IMG/VR virus record: IMGVR_UViG_3300033146_004399
Coordinates: 96,001 to 160,000 of that record
Direction: 5' to 3' (one strand)
DNA length: 64,000 nucleotides
DNA from: a virus
Below, piece after piece: positions 40,970-49,914 of this stretch. The notes beneath the pieces were generated by a model. The model saw only the letters and a program-made list of their open reading frames with translations, was not told the origin of the DNA and did no database searches. Position 1 is the first letter of the stretch. Every line of letters begins with the position of its first letter. The position numbers and the translations under genes were made by a program.

Positions 40970-42714
40970 TACAATCTGTCCTTAAGTGTTATCTTCATCA
41001 TCCTTAAACTATTTTTAGCCCTCACTTTCATATCACTTGCAATATTAGGATAGAGGGAGTCAAAATTATCAATCATTTTATCAATTTCTTTTATAGCCTC
41101 TTTAGGAGGTAAAGTCTTAGCAATTTTTTTAACTGCATGTCTTGGTTCCCAATCTCTATCATGGATGGCTGTAAAAACTTCTTTATCAATAATTTTAATC
41201 ATTTCGCCGCTTTTACTCTTTAACACCACACCTTCATGACTATAACCTTCAGCTGGAGAATATTCTCCCTCTTTCACCTGTCTAACAAATTGAGAGAGTA
41301 ACTTTTCTTTAATATTAAGTTTAAGCGATTTAGCGTCCTCTCTAACCTTCTTGATTAATTCTTTATTTTTTCCGATAGCACGCATACTAATAATATCTAT
41401 ATTTCTTATACCATTATTTTCTTTATTAAGAAAGTCTTCAAGTTCTTTCAACTCTCCATTTATATCTATATTATATTTTGCTGGATCCACTCTTTGCGTT
41501 TTGCCAAACTTCCACTTCTGTTTAACTGCTTTAGGTGTTATTCCGTCTGTGTCAAGAACATAGTTTACTGTATTTATTTCACCATTTATACCATTTAATT
41601 CTTCAGCTAATTCTGGATTATTTAGGATGACAATATAATTCATACCTGAGAAATCATATTTAATACAGTTGGGTTTATCACCAAAGAGAATTTCTGCAAG
41701 AGAGACATCACCCGGTTTCATATGCTTCTTGATTACATCCAAATGTTTTGTAAAGAAGGTATGAGCGCTTACAGCAGGATTTATATATATATTTTTCCTC
41801 TCAAGCCATTCCTCTTCATTATATTTCTTTGCTTCAGGTTTGAGAGTTTTAAAATTTCTACCAAAACCAGTATAAAATTCACCGTCGTCATTAAATCCAA
41901 AAGCTAAAGCCGCAGTGCCATCTAATTTAATAGAAGCTTCCGTTTCATATATTGATTTAACAAATTTTATAAAATCGCCAACTTTTAAATCTTCAATATG
42001 CGTCATTTCATTAAGCATTTTCTTAAAGAAAGTTTTACTCTCCTGAATTAATACTTTTCTAAGATTATAAAACTCGTCATGTATGCCAGGAGGAGTAAGA
42101 TTTCTGAATGATTCAATATCATCATTTCTTAAAGCGTCTCTAACACGTGTTGCAGATACATTATCTATAGCTGACATATTTCTACTTATAAGTTCAACTG
42201 TAACACTTTCAACTTCAGGCACAAAAAATCCCTTTTTGAATGCATCATCTATTTGTGGCTGATATGTTTTCTCTCTATCTGAACCGCATAAAATTACAAA
42301 GTCTGTATTTCCAGATATATTTTGAATTTTATTTATAATTTGTTGAACATTAGCGTGGGTATGAGATATTATATGTGTTCGATTTAATTTACCTTTGAAG
42401 GCTTTATATACTAATTTCTTTCTTGCCATACCAGAGAAGGGATTTCTTTCTTTTTCACCTTGCAATTTTTTAGATGAATATGATTTTGGTATCCGTCCGT
42501 CTTTTCTTTTTAATTTCCAGTTTTCTACATCTTGTTCGATAGTTGTGATAGAACCAGAAGCTCTTAAACGTCTACCAACATTTCCTACAATTGATGGCTT
42601 AGAGTTGATAACAACTACATAAGTTTCATCATAATAGTCAATAGCATTTTGTATAATATTCGTATGAGCTTTAGTAATAGGTTGAAATCGTCCGATTATA
42701 ATAGCAGTTTTCAT
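40969..42714 (-). CDS. Fusion of a cytidylyltransferase/NMNAT-like domain and a ligase-like nucleotidyltransferase domain
   Basis: N-terminal IIGRFQPITKAH, NPFS, CGSDR and SAT.VR; C-terminal MTHIEDL, IKLDG, HEGVVLK and IKIIDK. Confidence 0.65.
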   Translation of the reverse strand: MKTAIIIGRFQPITKAHTNIIQNAIDYYDETYVVVINSKPSIVGNVGRRLRASGSITTIEQDVENWKLKRKDGRIPKSYSSKKLQGEKERNPFSGMARKKLVYKAFKGKLNRTHIISHTHANVQQIINKIQNISGNTDFVILCGSDREKTYQPQIDDAFKKGFFVPEVESVTVELISRNMSAIDNVSATRVRDALRNDDIESFRNLTPPGIHDEFYNLRKVLIQESKTFFKKMLNEMTHIEDLKVGDFIKFVKSIYETEASIKLDGTAALAFGFNDDGEFYTGFGRNFKTLKPEAKKYNEEEWLERKNIYINPAVSAHTFFTKHLDVIKKHMKPGDVSLAEILFGDKPNCIKYDFSGMNYIVILNNPELAEELNGINGEINTVNYVLDTDGITPKAVKQKWKFGKTQRVDPAKYNIDINGELKELEDFLNKENNGIRNIDIISMRAIGKNKELIKKVREDAKSLKLNIKEKLLSQFVRQVKEGEYSPAEGYSHEGVVLKSKSGEMIKIIDKEVFTAIHDRDWEPRHAVKKIAKTLPPKEAIKEIDKMIDNFDSLYPNIASDMKVRAKNSLRMMKITLKDRL

Positions 42715-42727
42715 AATATTATCTTTA
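42715..42727 (-). promoter_or_regulatory. Class II promoter TAAAGAT-N6-ATG (leaderless)
   Basis: AAAGAT on the minus strand at 42721-42726, ATG at 42714, no SD. Confidence 0.55.
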
Positions 42728-43122
42728 TTTATAAATATAAAACATGCTATAAAAGCATATTTTTATTATATGAATAAAGAACGTAAAAATATTAAAAAAA
42801 TTAAAACTATGATAAAGAAGAATAAAGCTGGTTTAGATAGAATAATTGTTTCTGAAGAATTTATGTATCAATTACAAGAAAATGCCGACCTGGTAGATTT
42901 AGAGGAAAAAAGTTTTACTAAAAATGGTGAATACGTCAGAAATGACGTTACGAATAAAACTGAAGATAATATTGATATAACTTTCCTATTTGGTGTTCCT
43001 TGTTATTTAAGTAATACTATTCTTCACGGAGCTATATTTGAAATGGCTTCTGGAGAATTTTTCGTACTCAAAAATATCTAAAAATACATCCTTACTAAAA
43101 CACAAATATTTATTCTCCTTTA

Positions 43123-43194
43123 TAAGATAATTATATGCCCAGTGAAATTGAACTAAAATAGTTCAATTTAAACAATTTGAACCCAAAAGGTTCA
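43123..43194 (+). promoter_or_regulatory. Class II promoter followed by two TGAAC-N7-GTTCA inverted repeats
   Basis: TAAGAT 43123-43128 with N6-ATG 43135; 11-bp stem 43145-43155/43159-43169; 6-bp stem 43178-43183/43189-43194. Confidence 0.6.
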
Positions 43195-43390
43195 GGGGGG
43201 ATTAATGTCACCAAAAAAGAAAAAGAAACATTATGAGAAGGAGAAACATTCAAATTACATGCCTCATCAAATTCATCAAAATGACAGAAGGGGGAAAAGA
43301 AAATTTATGATAAAAAATGTAGATGTTACTAATTACGATGCGGTGATTGACTGGGAAGCCGAAAACTGGCAAGAAATATATATATAAAAT

Positions 43391-43422
43391 AAAAAGACTG
43401 GAATTAATTCTAGTCTTTTTTT
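43391..43422 (+). terminator. Rho-independent terminator
   Basis: AAAAAGACTGGAAT-ta-ATTCTAGTCTTTTTTT. Confidence 0.7.
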
Positions 43423-43923
43423 ATCTTTAACCGTAAGATAATCTTATTATATAAGTCGGGAATATTAATATGAATGATATTGAATTTGAAAATTATTGTG
43501 ATCATTATGAGTTTACTAAACTTGAATTGAGAGAATACTTAGATCTCCAAGTTAAACTAATGAATATATCTCTTATACATTGTAGAAATAAGGGTGACAA
43601 AAGAGATAAAAATATTATTTTCACAGAATGGATTAATATCCATTCACAACAATTCAGATATATGTGGGTTGCGCTTAGGCAATCCATATGATTAAATATA
43701 TAGGATTTGTAATTAAGCCAGATGTAATAGAGGATGTATTTATAATATCTTTTGATACGGATGATACTAGAAAAAGAAGGAAAGCATACACACTTAGATC
43801 TATTGATATTCTCAATTCATAGATGTATTATTCATATAATTCTAATACACAGAGATATATTGACAATGATTTCATCATGGAAGTTTATGATCATGAAATA
43901 TTCGATAATTAAGGAGTTAATAA

Positions 43924-44502
43924 ATGGCATATCGTTATAAACGTATAAAGATTAAATGGAATCAGAAAGACAAAAAATTCCATAAAATTAAAAGAAATAG
44001 AGTTAAGTCAAGAAAGGCACATATAAATTTTATTAGAAATAGAGGTAAGATGAGGTTAGCTTTACGAAAAGCTCGTATTAAGGGTAAGGTAACTATGCGT
44101 AAAAATAAAGGTAAAGGTATATTTAGAAAGTTAAAGATTGCTAGAAGAAGGTGGAAAAATATACTAAAATCAGATATAAATCTTGATTCCTTTTTAGACG
44201 GAATGATGTTAACAGAAGAACAAATATATGAAAAAGCAGATGCTCCAGTATTAGAGATAGGTGTTGCTGATATTGAATCTATGTATCTTGCACTAAAGAA
44301 TATAAGAGATGATGTTGAATTCAAAGGGAAAGATGATAAAAAAGCATTTCAAGAATGGATTGATAGCTCTTTAGAAATATTACATATATTGAAAGGAGAA
44401 GACGATGAAATATCAGAAATAGATGAAGATTTTATAGAAGAAGTTTTATCTTTTATAGAACAATACGCCGAAAAGGCTGGATTGATGGATGAAGAAGAAT
44501 AA
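43924..44502 (+). CDS. Bipolar protein: very basic N-terminal half, acidic C-terminal half
   Basis: K/R-rich first ~80 aa and D/E-rich tail; no family confirmed. Confidence 0.55.
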   Translation: MAYRYKRIKIKWNQKDKKFHKIKRNRVKSRKAHINFIRNRGKMRLALRKARIKGKVTMRKNKGKGIFRKLKIARRRWKNILKSDINLDSFLDGMMLTEEQIYEKADAPVLEIGVADIESMYLALKNIRDDVEFKGKDDKKAFQEWIDSSLEILHILKGEDDEISEIDEDFIEEVLSFIEQYAEKAGLMDEEE

Positions 44503-46297
44503 TTTATTAGGTTATGTTTTACTATTTTTAGGTGTTCTTGTATTTGTTTTTATTGCAATGCTATTTTATTCACATTCATACAACGCAACATTATTTCGTA
44601 AAGATATATTTTTTAGAATAAAAACATTACCTGGCATAACATCTTTTATTGTACAAACTATAGTATTAACATCATTATTGCATACTATATATTATATATT
44701 TCAACGACAGAAAAAACAAAATTACACAATATTAAATAATATAGCTCAACCAATTATTATTTGTAATTTATCTGGGAGTATTAAATATGCAAATAAATTT
44801 GCTCAATCCTTTTTTGGCTATATTAAAGATGAAATATATAGTCAAAATATATTTAATTTTATAGCTGAATACGATAAGCAGCGTGCTTACTTAAATGTTA
44901 AAGAAGTGAAAGACAACAAAATTGCAACAGTAAATAGTTATAATGTATTAACTGCAGATGGGGATTGGGTGGAGTGTACAGTTCATACCTCATTTCATTA
45001 CGGGAAATTATTATCAACGTTTATAAACCAATCTGATACGAAAACTATAGAAAAAAAACAAAAAGAACAAACAGAATTTTTATGGTCTTTATTAAATGAT
45101 ATACCAGTTCCCTTATCGTATTTAGATAATAATAATATTTTTAAATTTGTTAATAAATCATATTGTAAATTAATGGAGCAGAACGAACAAAATTTTTTGG
45201 GGAATAATTTATTTGATGTGTTCAAAGATATTGCGATAAACGAAGCAAATCTTGAATATATTAAAGAAAGCCAAGAAAGCTCGGAATACGAAGAAATTAG
45301 ATTAATTGGTAATCGTAAAAAAATATTAAAACTTGTTGTTACACCTAAGATTGAAAATAATATAACAGTTGGTACTTTTACAGCAATAATAGATAAAACC
45401 AAAGAACGAAAGTTAGAAATATTAAATAAAAAAGAAATAAGATTGAATATCATCTTTGCTAAAATATTAACAATTTTAGTTTCATCACCAATAAACATAC
45501 GTGATACTTCTATAGATAAATCATTAGATTTAGTTCGAAAGGCACTTAACATCGATAAATGTTACGTTATACAATTAGATGATTCTGCTGTTGTAGCATA
45601 TGAAGCTTCAGGCGTAGGGCTTAAAGAATGTAAAGGTTATATGGTACATTTAAGTAATCAACAACAAAATTTTACAGAGGTAAAACAATTAATTATACCA
45701 AATCTTTCAGTTTCTCAGTTTAAAAATTTAAAATATTATAAAACTAATGAAGCTCGATCTGTAGCTGAAATATTAATACCTAAAGATAATATGTTTGGAA
45801 GTGATATCATTATAGGTGCAATGACTTCGTTTAAACATAAAAATTGGCAAAAAAATGAAATTAATTTTATTCAATCTGTTGGTAAAATAATTTCAACTAG
45901 TATCGAAAGAAAACAATATATACAAGAATTAAAATATAGCGAAGATACCCTAAATATTTTAGTTGATAATTCAAACATAGGGTTTTTTATACATACACTT
46001 GAAGACGAAATAGTATTTATAAATAATAAAACGAAAGAACTTTTTGGTTATAAATTAGAAGAAATAGAAAGTATTCTTTTTATACAAGATAATATAGTTT
46101 TGCCCGAGTATCATGAAACAATTAAAAATATGATGAAATTAGCAGAATTAAAAGGTCAAGCTTCTGGATTTATAAAAATAAAAAATAAAAATGGTAAAAT
46201 ATTTTCCGTAGAAATACATATAAAATCTATAGATTATGAGACTTCTAAAGCATATTTATATACAATGATAGATGTGAGTAAATATATAGGAGATTGA
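44489..46297 (+). CDS. Membrane-anchored PAS-PAS-GAF-PAS sensor-like protein without an output domain
   Basis: Two N-terminal TM segments; PAS starts ILNNIAQPIII..G.I.YAN, LLNDIPVPLSYLD...F.FVN and LVDNSNIGFFI...I.FIN; GAF-like IDKSLDLVRKALNIDKCYV..W..NEINF; no H-box or GGDEF. Confidence 0.75.
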   Translation: MKKNNLLGYVLLFLGVLVFVFIAMLFYSHSYNATLFRKDIFFRIKTLPGITSFIVQTIVLTSLLHTIYYIFQRQKKQNYTILNNIAQPIIICNLSGSIKYANKFAQSFFGYIKDEIYSQNIFNFIAEYDKQRAYLNVKEVKDNKIATVNSYNVLTADGDWVECTVHTSFHYGKLLSTFINQSDTKTIEKKQKEQTEFLWSLLNDIPVPLSYLDNNNIFKFVNKSYCKLMEQNEQNFLGNNLFDVFKDIAINEANLEYIKESQESSEYEEIRLIGNRKKILKLVVTPKIENNITVGTFTAIIDKTKERKLEILNKKEIRLNIIFAKILTILVSSPINIRDTSIDKSLDLVRKALNIDKCYVIQLDDSAVVAYEASGVGLKECKGYMVHLSNQQQNFTEVKQLIIPNLSVSQFKNLKYYKTNEARSVAEILIPKDNMFGSDIIIGAMTSFKHKNWQKNEINFIQSVGKIISTSIERKQYIQELKYSEDTLNILVDNSNIGFFIHTLEDEIVFINNKTKELFGYKLEEIESILFIQDNIVLPEYHETIKNMMKLAELKGQASGFIKIKNKNGKIFSVEIHIKSIDYETSKAYLYTMIDVSKYIGD

Positions 46298-46301
46298 TAT
46301 A

Positions 46302-46619
46302 ATGCCATTTTATGATTATTATTGCAAAAATTGTGGTGCAGAAAAAGAAGAATTTCATACTATGTCTGAAGAACCTTTAATGATTTGTAATAAGTGTGGA
46401 AAACAAATGTCTAAAAAAATATCTATGGGTCATGGCGGATTTAAAATGATATCAGATGGAACTAGACGAAGAGATTATGGTACCAGATACGGTGGTAAAA
46501 AGAAAAAATCAGATCATGTCCCCAATGTTCAAGAATCAGCCGATTTAAAAGCCAAACAACAGATGAAAGAGAGAAAAGCTAAAGTAAAAGATCCAGATAA
46601 CCCATACGCTGGATTTTAA
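46302..46619 (+). CDS. FmdB-family zinc-ribbon protein
   Basis: MPFYDYYCKNCG...F..MSE.P...CNKCG. Confidence 0.85.
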   Translation: MPFYDYYCKNCGAEKEEFHTMSEEPLMICNKCGKQMSKKISMGHGGFKMISDGTRRRDYGTRYGGKKKKSDHVPNVQESADLKAKQQMKERKAKVKDPDNPYAGF

Positions 46620-46621
46620 TA

Positions 46622-48205
46622 TTGACTCGTTCAGATTTAATAAAGTACGCAAATAAAAATTTATTTGTAAATGGGAAGTTTAAAGGTATACGTAAAAATA
46701 GTATTCATTTTAATTTATTAAATGATTGTTTACCTAATAAAGAATATGATATATTAGAAAGATTTTATTTATTTTATAATAATATAGAAACACCACCTCG
46801 TTGTATATGCGGCAAAAAATTAAAAATATTTCGTTGGTCAAATGGATATAATAAGTTTTGTAGTCCAAATTGTGGAGGCGTTGAATCAATTAAAACAATA
46901 AAAGTTAAATATAATGTGGATAATGTGTTTAAATTAGAATCTGTTAAAAGTAAATCTAAAAAAACTAAAAGTGAAAAATACGGTGATGAAAATTATAATA
47001 ATAACAGTAAAGCTATAGAAACAAATATAATTAGGTACGGAGTTTCTAATACTTTTCAACTTACAAATCGTATCACTGGAACAAATATAAAAAAATACGG
47101 TGTTAAACATAATTCATATAATAAAGATACTATTGAAAAAAGAAAATTAACTAGACTTAAAACTTTCTTTAATAATATCATAAAAAGAAATGATGATATT
47201 ATTCCTTTATTTAACATAGATAGTTATCACGGGATTGATAGAAAAAATAAATATTCTTGGAAATGTACAAAATGTGGCAATATATTTAGCGATCATTTAG
47301 ATGATGGACATATACCAAGATGTTTAGTATGCAACCCAAAACTTGTTGGTATATCTAGTTATGAACAAGAATTAAAAAATTTTTTAAATTTATATAATAT
47401 AAAATTTGAAAGTAATTCTAGAGAATTAATTAAACCTTTAGAACTTGATATTTATATTCCTTCTCACAATTTAGCTATTGAATTTGATGGCCTTTATTGG
47501 CATTCAGATGAATTTGTGGATAAATATTATCATTTAGATAAAACGCTAGAATGTGAAATGAAAAGTATACAATTAATACATATATTTGAAGATGAATGGG
47601 TTAACAAAAGAAAAATAGTAGAAGCACGCCTAAAAAATCTATTAGGTTTAAATTCTAGAAGGATAGGAGCTAGACAAACCACTATAAAAGAAATAGATGC
47701 TAAAACTAAAAATACCTTCCTTAATACTTTTCATATACAAGGTGAAGATAAAAGTAGTATTAAATTAGGTGCTTATTACAATGATGAATTAATTGGTGTT
47801 ATGACTTTCGGTAAATTAAGAAGATTTATGAACAAAATACATGTTGATGGAAGTTGGGAATTAATAAGATTTGTTACAATATCTGATACATGGACGCCAG
47901 GATTAGCTTCTAAGATGCTTATTTACTTTGAAAAAGAATGGAAACCAAAATTAATAGAATCATTTGCAGATAGAAGATGGAGTCAAGGTAATTTATATTA
48001 TAAATTGGGGTTTAAATTTGATAAGCAAACAATACCTAATTATTATTATTCTAAAAATTTAAAACGTTATCATAGATACAAATTTAGGAAGAGTGAATTA
48101 AAGAATTTCGATAATTATTCAATAGATAAAACGGAGTTTCAAATAATGGATGAAGCAGGATGGCTAAGAATATATGATTGTGGTAACTACAAATTTGTTA
48201 AATAA
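46622..48205 (+). CDS. Putative free-standing homing endonuclease (PD-(D/E)xK/Vsr-like core, zinc fingers, C-terminal extension)
   Basis: ELDIYIPSHNLAIEFDGLYWH, IHIFEDEW, KYGV repeats, CICG and CTKCG. Confidence 0.7.
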   Translation: MTRSDLIKYANKNLFVNGKFKGIRKNSIHFNLLNDCLPNKEYDILERFYLFYNNIETPPRCICGKKLKIFRWSNGYNKFCSPNCGGVESIKTIKVKYNVDNVFKLESVKSKSKKTKSEKYGDENYNNNSKAIETNIIRYGVSNTFQLTNRITGTNIKKYGVKHNSYNKDTIEKRKLTRLKTFFNNIIKRNDDIIPLFNIDSYHGIDRKNKYSWKCTKCGNIFSDHLDDGHIPRCLVCNPKLVGISSYEQELKNFLNLYNIKFESNSRELIKPLELDIYIPSHNLAIEFDGLYWHSDEFVDKYYHLDKTLECEMKSIQLIHIFEDEWVNKRKIVEARLKNLLGLNSRRIGARQTTIKEIDAKTKNTFLNTFHIQGEDKSSIKLGAYYNDELIGVMTFGKLRRFMNKIHVDGSWELIRFVTISDTWTPGLASKMLIYFEKEWKPKLIESFADRRWSQGNLYYKLGFKFDKQTIPNYYYSKNLKRYHRYKFRKSELKNFDNYSIDKTEFQIMDEAGWLRIYDCGNYKFVK

Positions 48206-48452
48206 AAAGCATATTTAATATTAAAAATAGGAGAATATATTGATTAACACTCTAAAACAAATATATCCAGATAAAAAGTTTGCATTAAATAGTTTTCTTA
48301 CTATACAAGAAAATACAAAAACTACTACTATTAAGTGGAATGATAGTATATATGATTTGGAAAAATATCATAATATAAATGTTGAAAATAAACTTTTAGA
48401 ACTAATAAAAGAAAATTTATAATACAAACACATTTAAAAAAAGGAGAAACAA

Positions 48453-49493
48453 ATGTCATTCAGTAAAAAGGTTGTAATCGGTGCAGGTCAATGTGGCACC
48501 CGACTTGCAAGCAAATACGCTCTTGATGGAGATAAACTCATCGCCTTCAATACAGACAGTAGAGATTCAGGCGGAGAGAATATAGCCAATGACCATATTC
48601 TTGTAGAAGGTGGAGCTGGCCAGAATTATTCAAAAGGTTTAAAAATATGGTCTCAACAAAGAGAACATGTAGAAGAAGCTTTAAAAGATATAAATGAAGA
48701 ATATGTAGTATATTTTATTTCTGCTGGAGGCGGTTCTGGTTCATCCTCTGTTATAACAATTCTAAATATTCTCCTAGAGCAGGAGAACAAAATTTTATTA
48801 GTAGTTGCTCTTCCCTTTCTTAAGGAATCAATTCCAGCAACGTCAAATGCAACTCGGCTCTTAAGTAAAGTTGCAGAATTTTCAAACAATATGTCTGTCC
48901 TTCTTATGGCTAATGATGAAATTGGTAAGCAGGTTGGGAGTCTATCATTTGATAAAATCAATGATGAGATTGTACGTAAGACTCGTATCATTACAGATAT
49001 AATAAATCTTCATAATGATAAATATTTTACACCATTCGCGATAGACGAAGGAGATCATTCCTCTGTAGCTTTCTCTGGTGGTTTTATAAACCTCTCATTT
49101 GACTCTTTATACCAGGAAGTCGAAGGTGAGATGAAAATTAAAAGTCCTAAATTTTCTTATGGTTCAATAAAAGAAGCAAGTAATATTCTTATTGTTAAAA
49201 ATATTCCCACAAATAGAAATCATACTGAAGCTATGAAAGAAGGCGACTCCCTTGTTCAAGCTGCCATGAAAGTTTCTTCTTCTGGAAAAGGTGCTAGAAC
49301 ATTATATGGTGCTATAAGGACAGATAAGAATGTAGCAGAATATACAACAATCGCTTCCGGTATTGGTATAGATAAAATCTTTAATAAAATGAAGAATAAA
49401 GCTACCAACTCTGCAGTTCAATATATTGGTAAAGTTAAAACTAAAACTAAGAAGAAGCTGGAGAGAAAAGAAGACAGAGTATTGGACATATAA
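48453..49493 (+). CDS. Tubulin/FtsZ-family GTPase (PhuZ/TubZ-like)
   Basis: VIGAGQCG, FNTD, GGAGQN, SAGGGSGSS signature loop and LPFLKE...NA. Confidence 0.85.
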   Translation: MSFSKKVVIGAGQCGTRLASKYALDGDKLIAFNTDSRDSGGENIANDHILVEGGAGQNYSKGLKIWSQQREHVEEALKDINEEYVVYFISAGGGSGSSSVITILNILLEQENKILLVVALPFLKESIPATSNATRLLSKVAEFSNNMSVLLMANDEIGKQVGSLSFDKINDEIVRKTRIITDIINLHNDKYFTPFAIDEGDHSSVAFSGGFINLSFDSLYQEVEGEMKIKSPKFSYGSIKEASNILIVKNIPTNRNHTEAMKEGDSLVQAAMKVSSSGKGARTLYGAIRTDKNVAEYTTIASGIGIDKIFNKMKNKATNSAVQYIGKVKTKTKKKLERKEDRVLDI

Positions 49494-49914
49494 ATGGAAG
49501 ATTTTATTGTTTTTCAACTTTTGCTAGATTCAACTGTCCCGGATAAAATTAAGAATAAATTGCGTAAAGCATTTAATGTTTATGATGTTGAAACGGTAGA
49601 AAAAATTATAGATAATATTTTATTAATTAAAACAACTAATGTTTTATTAAAGATGAAACATGATGAGGTATGAATATGGCGTTATTGCAAGGTGGAACAA
49701 TAAATAGTAGTAAAGCAAGATTAAAATCAAATAATTTAAAAATTTTGATAGATGAAGATTCCGGTGATATAGCTATACATAATTTTCGATATGGCAATGA
49801 GAAAACATTAATAATTCCATTAGATGAAATGCCCGAAAGATATCAATCTTTTTTCGCTGGATTCGTTTTAACAAACCGCTGATAGTAGCAATTAAAAATA
49901 CATAGGAAAAAACA

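Noticed and set aside
42726-42737. T4 late promoter TATAAATA on both strands
   Set aside because: Isolated occurrence in very AT-rich DNA; AAGAT is the recurrent motif
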